NCBI RefSeq assembly: GCF_018607995.1
Contig: NZ_JABBAL010000037.1
Location: 19,353 to 83,352, forward strand
From: Planktotalea sp.
GTDB taxonomy: Bacteria; Pseudomonadota; Alphaproteobacteria; Rhodobacterales; Rhodobacteraceae
Reading direction: 5' to 3'
Length of the DNA stretch: 64,000 nucleotides
Below are positions 8,217-17,099 of this stretch, one piece after another. The notes under the pieces are model-generated. The model was not told the DNA's origin. It saw nothing but the letters and a program-made list of their open reading frames with translations, and searched no databases. How positions within the stretch are numbered: position 1 is the stretch's first letter; each line of letters opens with the position of its first letter. Position numbers and translations under genes: made by a program.

Positions 8217-9173
8217 ATGAGCACGACACGTTGGGGGATTTTAGGTGCTGCGAAGTTTGCGCGAGAACATATGGGGCCTGCGATTACGGCCGCGGCGGGT
8301 GCAGAACTAGCGGCGCTGGCGACAAGTGCTCCTGAAAAAGAATTTATTTTTCAGAATTTTGCGCCGAATTTAAAGATTTATGACAATTATGACGCGCTGC
8401 TTGCAGATCCAACGATTGATGCAATCTACATCCCTTTGCCAAATGACATGCATCAGCCTTGGGCACTGAAATGCCTTGCCGCTGGCAAAGCGGTTCTCGT
8501 TGAAAAACCTGTCGGAATGAACGTGGCTGAAATCGATGAGTTGATCGCAGCACGCGATGCGACCGGTTTGCTTGCGGCAGAGGCTTATATGATCGTGCAT
8601 CATCCCCAATGGCAAAAAATGCGGGACTTGGTGCAAAGCGGTGCGCTTGGCGATTTGCGTCGCGTGTCGAGCACCTTCAGCTACGACAATCGCGCTGATG
8701 TTGACAATATTCGGCAACAAGCGGCGCGCGGGGGCGGAGGTTTGCGCGACATCGGCGTATATACGTTTGGCAGCGTGCGCTTTGTGACGGGGCAGGAGCC
8801 CGCGCGCATTATTTCCAAGCAACTGACGTTGGAAAATGGTGTCGATGTGCATGCACAAGTGACGGCAGAGTTTGGTGGCTTCACTTATGACACCACGACG
8901 TCTATGCGCATGACCCCGTGGCAATGCGTTGAATTTCATGGAGAAACTTCAATTGCGCGTCTCACGGCCCCGTTTAATCCGCTGGTCTTTGGTGAAGCGC
9001 GTCTTGAGCTTGTTCAAAGTGATGGCTCAAGCGAAGTGTTTCGCTGGCCCCGCGAAAATCACTATGTCTTGCAGGTCGAAGCGTTTCAGCGTGCAATGCA
9101 AGGTGAGGCTTATGCCTGCCCGTTAGAATTTTCGCGTGGGACGCAAGCGATGATAGATGAGGTTTTGGGATAG
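8217..9173 (+). CDS. Gfo/Idh/MocA-family oxidoreductase
   Basis: There is an N-terminal Rossmann motif (RWGILGAAKFA) and an EKP motif (VLVEKPVGMN). Confidence 0.8.
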   Translation: MSTTRWGILGAAKFAREHMGPAITAAAGAELAALATSAPEKEFIFQNFAPNLKIYDNYDALLADPTIDAIYIPLPNDMHQPWALKCLAAGKAVLVEKPVGMNVAEIDELIAARDATGLLAAEAYMIVHHPQWQKMRDLVQSGALGDLRRVSSTFSYDNRADVDNIRQQAARGGGGLRDIGVYTFGSVRFVTGQEPARIISKQLTLENGVDVHAQVTAEFGGFTYDTTTSMRMTPWQCVEFHGETSIARLTAPFNPLVFGEARLELVQSDGSSEVFRWPRENHYVLQVEAFQRAMQGEAYACPLEFSRGTQAMIDEVLG

Positions 9174-9210
9174 AAAAAGGCGGGCATCGAACACGACACC
9201 CGCCTATTTA
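9174..9210. terminator. candidate bidirectional terminator between convergent genes
   Basis: The sequence aaaaa-ggcggg...cccgcc-tattta forms a hairpin between the oxidoreductase stop and the phaZ stop. Confidence 0.5.
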
Positions 9211-9230
9211 AAACTTGGAACGATCACGCG

Positions 9231-10514
9231 CTATTTTGCGGCGGCCTTTTTCTTTGTTGCCTTATTCGCTTTTGGTTTAGCAGCGGCGCTATTGGCGTCG
9301 ATAAATTCTAAAACTAAGGGGCGAATATTGTCACGCCAGCTGCGGCCCGCGAAAATACCGTAGTGACCAGCACCCGCTTCAATATGGCTGGCCTTCTTCG
9401 CATCAGACAGGCCTGTGCATAGATCCAATGCCGCAACACATTGACCGGGCGCGGAAATATCGTCTTTCTCTCCTTCGACAGTCTTCACGGCAACTGTTGT
9501 GATGTTGCCAATATCGATCTTGTGTCCGTCAACCACGAATTCATTATTAGCGATTTCGCCGTTCTTAAAGATGCGCTCAACCGTAGAGAGATAAAATTCT
9601 GCAGGCATGTCCATGACCGCGAGATATTCATCATAAAATTTGTTGTGCTTGTCGTTCTCTGACGCTTCACCCTGCGCAGCGCGCATGATTTGGTCCGTAA
9701 AGGCTTTGGAGTGGGTTTCGCTGTTCATCGACATGAACGAAGCCAATTGTAGAAGGCCGGGGTAGACTTTGCGTCCCACGCCTTTGTGCTTGAAGCCAAC
9801 ACGTTGGATCGCGGTTTCCTGCAATTGCCCCATCGTTACGCGGTGGCCGAAGTCGGTCACATCTGTTGCATTCGCATTGGGGTCAATTGGACCACCGATA
9901 AGCGTCAGCGATTTTGGCTGCGCGTTAGGGTCTTGTTCCGCCAGATAGGCAGTCGCGGCTAGCGTCAAAGGCGCTGGCTGGCACACCGCAATGACATGCG
10001 TGTCAGGGCCGAGTTCACGCATGAAATCAACAAGATACAATGTGTAGTCTTCCACATCGAACTTACCCTCAGACACTGGAATGTCGCGGGCATTGTGCCA
10101 ATCGGTGACGTAAACTTCCGCATCGCGGATCAAAGATTTCACGGTTGATCGTAAAAGGGTCGCGTAGTGGCCTGACATTGGCGCAACCAGAAGTATCTTG
10201 CGCGGCTGCGTCTCGCGACCTGTGACGTCGAAGTGAATCAAATCGCCAAAAGGACGTTTTAAGACAGTGTTTATATCGATCAAATGATCGCGGCCATCGG
10301 CGCATGTGAAGCTATCGAGGCCCCAGTCGGGCTTTGCAATCATACGCTCGAAAGAGCGTTCTGTGACGTCTCCCCACGCCCCGAGCCACTGTAAAGCAGG
10401 GTTCGGTACCAAGGAAAACATCGGGTAAGCCGCCATTGATTTCGCTGTCGCACCAAGCCATTGGTTGGTGTTTCTCATCGTCTCCATCATGTCGTAAGTA
10501 GCCATGTATTTCAT
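9231..10514 (-). CDS. phaZ: intracellular polyhydroxyalkanoate depolymerase
   Basis: The 427 aa ORF has a typical PhaZ N-terminus (MKYMATYDMMETMRNTNQWLG) and is divergent from phaC. It ends in a Lys/Ala-rich tail, KPKANKATKKKAAAK. Confidence 0.85.
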   Translation of the reverse strand: MKYMATYDMMETMRNTNQWLGATAKSMAAYPMFSLVPNPALQWLGAWGDVTERSFERMIAKPDWGLDSFTCADGRDHLIDINTVLKRPFGDLIHFDVTGRETQPRKILLVAPMSGHYATLLRSTVKSLIRDAEVYVTDWHNARDIPVSEGKFDVEDYTLYLVDFMRELGPDTHVIAVCQPAPLTLAATAYLAEQDPNAQPKSLTLIGGPIDPNANATDVTDFGHRVTMGQLQETAIQRVGFKHKGVGRKVYPGLLQLASFMSMNSETHSKAFTDQIMRAAQGEASENDKHNKFYDEYLAVMDMPAEFYLSTVERIFKNGEIANNEFVVDGHKIDIGNITTVAVKTVEGEKDDISAPGQCVAALDLCTGLSDAKKASHIEAGAGHYGIFAGRSWRDNIRPLVLEFIDANSAAAKPKANKATKKKAAAK

Positions 10515-10607
10515 TGTTTTTCCTTACTGACACCAGCCTGTTTGGGGGGCGGTTCAATTCGTCGCTTTGCCCCTCGGTAAGTTCGACGCTACAATCGTCA
10601 AAAATAT

Positions 10608-10620
10608 GCTGCGCTGCAGC
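10608..10620. promoter_or_regulatory. GCTGC-GCT-GCAGC palindrome (PhaR operator-like) in the phaZ/phaC divergent intergenic region
   Basis: This perfect 5+3+5 inverted repeat lies 24 nt upstream of the phaC ATG. It matches the CTGC-N3-GCAG pattern reported for Rhodobacter PhaR. Confidence 0.55.
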
Positions 10621-10643
10621 TAAGGTAGTCGGGATTTATTAAG

Positions 10644-12437
10644 ATGACAACAAATGACGATGTTGCAGGGCAAAATTCCCCTCAAATGACGGCGAACTTG
10701 GAGAAAATCGAAGCTTTGTCCGAGCGTTTGGTGAAAGCTGTGTCCAGCAAAGCCAAGTCAAATCCCGCACTGAGTGGCCCGAATCAAGAGCTGTTTTCGA
10801 ATGCGATGACCTCCTACATGCAAGGAATGATGGAGAATCCAGCGAAAGTGTTCGAACATCATGCGGCCTATTGGGGTAAGTCGATGAAGCACTATGTTGA
10901 GGCTCAGCGGGTTTTGGCAAAGGGCAAATTAGAAGCGCCGACGGATTCGTATCAAAATGATCGCCGCTTTTCTAACCCTCTTTGGAACACACATCCGTAT
11001 TTTAACTTTGTTAAACAGCAATATCTGATCAATTCGAACGCGGTGAAGCAAGCGGTGGAAGATGCCGTAGATCTTGATCCTAAGGAAAAGCAGCGGCTTA
11101 CTTATTTCTCGCAACAGATCATCGACATGATGGCTCCGACGAACTTCTTGGGCACTAACCCCGATGCGCTTGAAAAAGCGGTCGCGACCGAGGGTCAAAG
11201 CCTTTTGGATGGTCTGGAGAACCTTGTTTTGGACCTGGAGGCGAATGAAGGCGAGTTGGTCGTCAAACTCGCCGATGAGAAAGCGTTTGAGCTTGGTCAA
11301 AACATCGCCACGACCCCGGGCAAGGTCATTTATCGCAACAAGATGATCGAGCTTATTCAATATATACCCGTGACGGAAACTGTGCATGAGACGCCGATCA
11401 TTATGTTTCCGCCATGGATCAACAAATTCTACATACTTGATCTCAAAAAACAGAATAGCCTGATAAAATGGATCACTGAGCAGGGCTATAGTTTGTTTGT
11501 TGTGTCCTGGATTAATCCTGACAACAGCTATGCGGATGTTGGCTTGGAAGACTATATTGACGATGGTTTTCTGACTGCAATCCGAGAAGTGAAGGCGATC
11601 ACAGGCCAGAAACAGGTCAACTGCATCGGCTATTGCATCGCGGGGACGACCTTGTGTTTGACCCTGAGTTTGCTGAAAAAGCGCGGTGACAATAGCATTA
11701 AGTCAGCGACATTGTTTACCGCTTTGACGGATTTCTCTGACCAAGGAGAATTCACGCCTTTCCTGCAAAACGATTTCATTGATGGGATCGAAGAAGAAGT
11801 GAACGACAAAGGCATGTTGCCATCACATATCATGGGGCGCACGTTCAGCTTTTTGCGCTCTAACGATCTGGTCTACACTCCCGCTATCAAGAGCTACATG
11901 ATGGGGGAGGCACCGCCTGCCTTTGATCTTCTCTATTGGAATGGGGATGGCGCAAACCTGCCCGGTAAAATGGCAGTCCAGTATTTGCGTGGACTGTGCC
12001 AATCAAACGATTTTGCAGAGGGCGGATTTGAGTTGATGGGCGAAACGCTCAGCTTAAAGGATGTTGATATCCCGTTGTGCTCCATAGCGTGTGAGACGGA
12101 CCATATCGCAGCTTGGAAGGATTGCTATCGTGGCGTGCAGCAAATGGGGAGTAAATCGAAAACCTTTATCGTTTCGCAGTCTGGGCATATCGCGGGCATC
12201 GTGAACCCACCGAGCAAAGATAAATACGGTCACTACACAAACGCCGATATGTTGCTTGCCCCCAACGCGTGGTTCGAAGGTGCGGAATTCACTAGAGGAT
12301 CTTGGTGGCCACGGTGGGAATCATGGATCAAAGAACGATCTGGCAAGCAAATTGCTGCGCTGCAGCCAGGTAATTCTGAGCATCCAGTGTTGGGCGATGC
12401 GCCCGGAACCTACGTTATGCTTAATGCAAAGCGCTGA
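10644..12437 (+). CDS. phaC: class I poly(R)-hydroxyalkanoic acid synthase
   Basis: The 597 aa ORF has a lipase-box-like GYCIAGT with the catalytic Cys, and its length and context are typical of PhaC. Confidence 0.9.
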   Translation: MTTNDDVAGQNSPQMTANLEKIEALSERLVKAVSSKAKSNPALSGPNQELFSNAMTSYMQGMMENPAKVFEHHAAYWGKSMKHYVEAQRVLAKGKLEAPTDSYQNDRRFSNPLWNTHPYFNFVKQQYLINSNAVKQAVEDAVDLDPKEKQRLTYFSQQIIDMMAPTNFLGTNPDALEKAVATEGQSLLDGLENLVLDLEANEGELVVKLADEKAFELGQNIATTPGKVIYRNKMIELIQYIPVTETVHETPIIMFPPWINKFYILDLKKQNSLIKWITEQGYSLFVVSWINPDNSYADVGLEDYIDDGFLTAIREVKAITGQKQVNCIGYCIAGTTLCLTLSLLKKRGDNSIKSATLFTALTDFSDQGEFTPFLQNDFIDGIEEEVNDKGMLPSHIMGRTFSFLRSNDLVYTPAIKSYMMGEAPPAFDLLYWNGDGANLPGKMAVQYLRGLCQSNDFAEGGFELMGETLSLKDVDIPLCSIACETDHIAAWKDCYRGVQQMGSKSKTFIVSQSGHIAGIVNPPSKDKYGHYTNADMLLAPNAWFEGAEFTRGSWWPRWESWIKERSGKQIAALQPGNSEHPVLGDAPGTYVMLNAKR

Positions 12438-12460
12438 TTTACCTTTGGGAAAATGATTTT

Positions 12461-12501
12461 GCTGCAACGCAGCAATAAAGCTTGCAATGCTGCGTTGCAG
12501 C
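12461..12501. promoter_or_regulatory. pair of PhaR-operator-like palindromes forming a nested 13 bp inverted repeat upstream of phaP
   Basis: GCTGCAACGCAGC (12461-12473) and GCTGCGTTGCAGC (12489-12501) are each 5+3+5 palindromes. They are also exact reverse complements of each other, separated by 15 nt. Confidence 0.6.
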
Positions 12502-12565
12502 GCGTATACCGATTTTGTCGAACACCGCGGGGTGGGCCCGCGAGATAGGCAAAAGGATTTATATC

Positions 12566-13009
12566 ATGGCTAAGACACAAGATTACTCCGCGATCATGAA
12601 AGACATGATGGGCGCATTCCCAGTAGATACAAAAGCAATGGACGAAGCTTTCAAAACAACAGCGGCATTGAACGAGAAGTTTTCTGCAGTTTCCGTTGAT
12701 GCGGCTGAAAAGTCTGCTGAGCTGTCCGCCGTTTGGGCGAAAGACACATTGGCGAAGATCGCTGACTTTGCAAAAGTTAAGGCAGAGCCTGCTGATTATG
12801 CAAAAGCGATGACAGACATGGTGTCTTCTTCCGCTGAAGCAGCTGCTGAGCACGTTGCATCTTTCGCAGAAATCGCGAAAAAAGTTCAACTCGAGACAGT
12901 TGAATTGATGATGGCTGCAGGCAAGAACGCTTCCGAAGAAGCATCTGCTGTAGTTAAAAAAGCGACAACTGAAGCAACTGCTGCTGTTAAGAAAGCTGCT
13001 GCAAAGTAA
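12566..13009 (+). CDS. phaP: phasin (PHA granule-associated protein)
   Basis: From the ATG at 12566 (AAGGA RBS) the ORF is a 147 aa Ala/Lys/Glu-rich helical protein beginning MAKTQDYSAIMKDMMGAFPVD. It lies between phaC and phaR. Confidence 0.8.
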   Translation: MAKTQDYSAIMKDMMGAFPVDTKAMDEAFKTTAALNEKFSAVSVDAAEKSAELSAVWAKDTLAKIADFAKVKAEPADYAKAMTDMVSSSAEAAAEHVASFAEIAKKVQLETVELMMAAGKNASEEASAVVKKATTEATAAVKKAAAK

Positions 13010-13170
13010 GCTTGGCTTTTAAGTCGAAGAATTTTTGCGTTAGTGTCCTCCCGCACGGGCGTTAAATAAAGGCGCTGATCGAAAGATTGGCCCTTTTCTT
13101 TTTTTGTTCCCTTTCTTGCTGCGCTCGCATAGGCTTTTCTGCACTGCTGCATTTTGGGAGGGAGCCTGAA

Positions 13171-13734
13171 GTGACCGACGCCACGAATCCACTTTTGATC
13201 AAACGCTATGCGAGCCGTCGTCTCTATAATACTGAGACCAGCGACTATGTTACCCTAGAAGATATCTCTGGCTTTATCAGCGAGGGCCGCGATGTCAAAA
13301 TCGTTGATCTCAAATCTGGTGATGATCTGACGCGACAATATTTGTTGCAAATAGTAGCAGAGCGCGAAAGCAAGGGCGAAAGCGTCTTGCCTGTCGCTGT
13401 TCTAACCGATCTTGTGCGCAGCTATACCAGCCAAGCGAGTAGCGTCGTGCCGCAGTTCCTATCGATGTCATTCGACATGCTGCGCGACAGCCAAAGCAAG
13501 GTCGTGGATAATATTGCCAAAGCCAACCCGATGACGCAAATGCCGGGAATGGAAGCGTTTCGCGCGCAGCAAGAAGCGTTCTTTAAGGCGGTGACAGGCG
13601 GGCAATGGACACCACCTACAGGTGAAAAGCCTGAAAATTCTGTTGTTGAAGCCTCTGAATCTAAAGAAGATTTAGATGCGATCAAAACGCAATTGGCAGA
13701 TCTTCAGCAGAAGCTTTCCAAGCTTAGCAAGTAA
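13171..13734 (+). CDS. phaR: polyhydroxyalkanoate synthesis repressor PhaR
   Basis: The GTG at 13171 follows a GGGAGGGAG RBS. The sequence LIKRYASRRLYNTETSDYVTLEDI is the characteristic PhaR N-terminus. Confidence 0.85.
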   Translation: MTDATNPLLIKRYASRRLYNTETSDYVTLEDISGFISEGRDVKIVDLKSGDDLTRQYLLQIVAERESKGESVLPVAVLTDLVRSYTSQASSVVPQFLSMSFDMLRDSQSKVVDNIAKANPMTQMPGMEAFRAQQEAFFKAVTGGQWTPPTGEKPENSVVEASESKEDLDAIKTQLADLQQKLSKLSK

Positions 13735-15039
13735 TCAAACGCCAAGGCGATCACGCAGCGCGTACCAACTCATCGCGAGCGTCAAAAGCGGTGTGCGTAA
13801 CGCGCCCGCGCCGGGGAAACTTGGCGTTGGGATCGTGGCTAGTGTGTTAAAGCCTGTGTCCTGTCCGTGGATCGCATCGGCCATTAACTTGCCCGCTTGA
13901 ACCGCGTTGCCCACACCGTGCCCCGAATAGCCCGATGCGCTTAGAATGTTCGGCGCAACGCGAGCAAGGTAGGGCATGCGTTTCATTGTGATGCCCAACG
14001 TTCCGCCCCAAGCATAGTCGATTTTTACATCTCGTAAATGCGGGAAGATCTCAGTCATCGGTTTGCGCACTTTTGCCGCGATATCGCTTGGAAAGCGATA
14101 GCCATAGCTTTCACCACCGCCAAAAAGCAGGCGTTTATCGTGACTTAGGCGAAAATAATTTACCACGAATTTGGTATCCGCAACGGCAATATCTTGTGCA
14201 AGAACTTGTGCGGTAGCGTCACCCAAAGGCTCTGTCGCAGCGATGAAATTATTGATTGGCATGACGCGCGCGGCGACTTTGCGATTGAGATTCCCGAGAT
14301 AGCCGTTGCCCGCAAGAATCACATGATCTGCTTTGACACGGCCCTGATCGGTTTGCACGATGTCCGTTGCGCCTTCATTTATGTGATGCACATGGCTCAT
14401 CTCAAAGATCTGCACGCCGGCGTTTGAGGCAGCTTTCGCAAGGCCCAAAGCAAACGAAAGCGGTTGGAGATGAGCGGCACCGTGATCCATCAAGCCGCCT
14501 TTATAGGCTGGTGAGGGGCAGAGTACATGTGCTTGTTCAGCGCTCAAAGGCTCGATGTCAGAATAGCCGTAGTTATCTTGGAGCTTGCGCGCATGGTCTT
14601 GCAATTCGGTGACGTCTTTCTTGCCAAATCCGAAATCTGCAATGCCTGGCTTCAGATGACACTCGATGCCGTGTTTTTCAATCAGACCTTTGACGAGCAC
14701 CTTGGCATCTTGCGCCAAATCCCAAAGCTGATGCGCCACGTCTTGCCCCATCAGATCTTCCAGCCCGTCCTGATCCATGCGTTGCCCAGATCCAAGCTGA
14801 CCCCCATTGCGGCCAGATGCGCCGAAACCGACGCGATGTGCTTCGAGCAAGGCGACATCATAGCCCATCTCGCGCAGATGCAACGCTGCTGAAAGTCCTG
14901 TGTATCCACCGCCCACAATGCAAACATCCGCGCGTGTTTCTCCACGAAGAGGTGCAAAAGAGGGCAGAGCCGTGGCATCAGCTGCATACCAACTCTCAGG
15001 ATAAATACCACGTTTATCGTTTGAAAACAGAAGGTTCAT
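13735..15039 (-). CDS. FAD-dependent oxidoreductase (gamma-glutamylamine oxidase, PuuB/PauB-like)
   Basis: A dinucleotide-binding motif (VCIVGGGYTGLSAAL) is present. It is the last gene of the 4-gene minus-strand operon, and its start overlaps the stop of the upstream gene. Confidence 0.8.
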   Translation of the reverse strand: MNLLFSNDKRGIYPESWYAADATALPSFAPLRGETRADVCIVGGGYTGLSAALHLREMGYDVALLEAHRVGFGASGRNGGQLGSGQRMDQDGLEDLMGQDVAHQLWDLAQDAKVLVKGLIEKHGIECHLKPGIADFGFGKKDVTELQDHARKLQDNYGYSDIEPLSAEQAHVLCPSPAYKGGLMDHGAAHLQPLSFALGLAKAASNAGVQIFEMSHVHHINEGATDIVQTDQGRVKADHVILAGNGYLGNLNRKVAARVMPINNFIAATEPLGDATAQVLAQDIAVADTKFVVNYFRLSHDKRLLFGGGESYGYRFPSDIAAKVRKPMTEIFPHLRDVKIDYAWGGTLGITMKRMPYLARVAPNILSASGYSGHGVGNAVQAGKLMADAIHGQDTGFNTLATIPTPSFPGAGALRTPLLTLAMSWYALRDRLGV

Positions 15040-16394
15040 ACGTTTAGCAACAGGTGTTCACGCTCCCATGGAGAAATGACCTGAAGAAATTCTTCATACT
15101 CGGCACGTTTCACGATGCTATAGACTCGTGCAAATTCGGGATGCAAAATATCGTGTAAATCTGTGGCTTCGTCGAAGATGTTCAACGCCTCGCCCAGCGT
15201 GCGCGGGATGTCTTCTTCGCCGTCATAGGCATCGCCCTTGAACTGCTTGTCGGGGCGTTCTTCTTCGATAAGGCCTAACAATCCGCAAGCGAGCGACGCC
15301 GCAATCCCGAGGTAGGGGTTACAATCCATCCCTGCGAGGCGGTTTTCGACGCGACGGGCTTCAGGATCGGAAAGAGGTATCCGAATACCCGTTGTGCGAT
15401 TGTCGCGCGCCCATTCCAGATTAATGGGTGCGGCGTGATCCTTAACGTAGCGACGATAACTGTTCACATAGGGCGCAAGCACTGCGATGGTTGACGGTAA
15501 GTGGTTCTGAAGGCCAGCGATGTAGTGAAAAAAGGCATCAGTCTCGCCGCCTTGAGGGCCGGAAAAGATGTTCGCGCCTGTCTCTATATCAAGAATGGAG
15601 TGATGGATGTGCATCGCGCTGCCGGGCTCATGTTCGATCGGTTTTGCCATGAAGGTGGCGAAACAATCGTGGCGCAAGGCAGCTTCGCGGATGAGACGCT
15701 TAAAGAAGAAGACCTCGTCTGCAAGTTTAACCGGATCGCCGTGTTGCAGGTTGATTTCCAACTGACCTGCGCCGCCCTCTTGGGTGATGCCGTCAATTTC
15801 AAACCCTTGCGCTTCGGCAAAATCGTAGATGTCGTCGATCACTGGGCCGAACTCATCCACAGCGGTCATCGAATAGGCCTGACGTGCCGCTGCGGGACGG
15901 CCCGAGCGGCCCATCATCGGCTCAATCGCTTTGGCAGGATCAACATTGCGGGCAACGAGGAAAAATTCCATCTCGGGCGCGACTACAGGAATTAACCCGC
16001 GATCACGATACTGCTGCACAACATGTTTCAAAACATTGCGCGGCGAGAACATGACGGGCTGCTCTTTGCGATCATAGGCGTCGTGAATGACCTGCAACGT
16101 CCAATCTCCCGTCCATGGTGCGGCGGTGGCGGTGTCCATGTCTGGCTTGAGGATCATATCCTTCTCAATGAATCCTTCATTCCCGGCGGCTTCACCCCAA
16201 CCTCCTGTAATTGTTTGGTAAAAAATTGAATCAGGTAGAAAGAATTGATTCTGCTTGGCAAATTTGCTTGCAGGCACGGCCTTGCCACGGGCGATGCCAG
16301 GCAGGTCGGAAATGATGCATTCCACTTCATCGAGCTTGCGTCCTTCAATATAGGTTGCAGCAGTTTCGGGCAGGTTGTCTTTCCAATCATTCAT
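15036..16394 (-). CDS. glutamine synthetase family protein (gamma-glutamyl-amine synthetase-like, PuuA/PauA class)
   Basis: The 452 aa ORF has the GS catalytic domain (GSAMHIHHS, NRTTGIRIP). Confidence 0.8.
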   Translation of the reverse strand: MNDWKDNLPETAATYIEGRKLDEVECIISDLPGIARGKAVPASKFAKQNQFFLPDSIFYQTITGGWGEAAGNEGFIEKDMILKPDMDTATAAPWTGDWTLQVIHDAYDRKEQPVMFSPRNVLKHVVQQYRDRGLIPVVAPEMEFFLVARNVDPAKAIEPMMGRSGRPAAARQAYSMTAVDEFGPVIDDIYDFAEAQGFEIDGITQEGGAGQLEINLQHGDPVKLADEVFFFKRLIREAALRHDCFATFMAKPIEHEPGSAMHIHHSILDIETGANIFSGPQGGETDAFFHYIAGLQNHLPSTIAVLAPYVNSYRRYVKDHAAPINLEWARDNRTTGIRIPLSDPEARRVENRLAGMDCNPYLGIAASLACGLLGLIEEERPDKQFKGDAYDGEEDIPRTLGEALNIFDEATDLHDILHPEFARVYSIVKRAEYEEFLQVISPWEREHLLLNV

Positions 16395-17071
16395 GTGAAG
16401 CTCTTTGTTTTGAAGAAATACGCTAGGCGATCTCCCATTTTCTGATTGTCATCCGGCTCTTGCAATGCATCGCGTGCGTGGGTTTGCAGGTCTTGTGGCA
16501 CCGTGTCTGCACGCGTTTCAAGCAGGCCAGCAACCGCGCGCGCATCAAATTCGGGATGTGGCTGGATGGTCAGCGCTTTGCCCTCATAATAGAGCATCGC
16601 GTTTTCACAAAACGCACTGGTCCCGACCCGCGTTGCACTTTCGGGGAGGCGCGTCACCTGATCCTGGTGCCATGCATTGAGCTGATATTCATCACCGTCA
16701 ATCTTATAGGTTTGACGTCCAACCGCCCATCCCGCATTGAATTTTTCAACTTTTCCACCAAAGGCTTGTGCAATGATTTGATGGCCAAAACACACCCCTA
16801 CCAAGGGCAAACCTTGATCGGCAATCGTGCGGATCAAATCTTCCAATAGGGGGATGAACGCGTGATCTTCATATGCGCCGTGTTTGGAACCTGAGATCAA
16901 CCAACCATCCGCATTTGACGCGCCATTTGGGAATTCCATGTCCACGACGCTATAGGTTTGAAAGGTGAAGTCATGGGCTGAAAACATGCTGGAATACATA
17001 AAATGGTAATCGCCCACCGCCTCTTGGACCGCAGGGGCGGCGTGGCCGCATTGTAGAATGCCGATTTTCAT
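16391..17071 (-). CDS. class I glutamine amidotransferase-like protein
   Basis: The 226 aa ORF has the GATase1 nucleophile elbow (GVCFGHQIIAQ) and overlaps the next gene by 4 nt. Confidence 0.8.
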   Translation of the reverse strand: MKIGILQCGHAAPAVQEAVGDYHFMYSSMFSAHDFTFQTYSVVDMEFPNGASNADGWLISGSKHGAYEDHAFIPLLEDLIRTIADQGLPLVGVCFGHQIIAQAFGGKVEKFNAGWAVGRQTYKIDGDEYQLNAWHQDQVTRLPESATRVGTSAFCENAMLYYEGKALTIQPHPEFDARAVAGLLETRADTVPQDLQTHARDALQEPDDNQKMGDRLAYFFKTKSFT

Positions 17072-17099
17072 AGATTACCTGTTGGGGTTTTATCGGACG

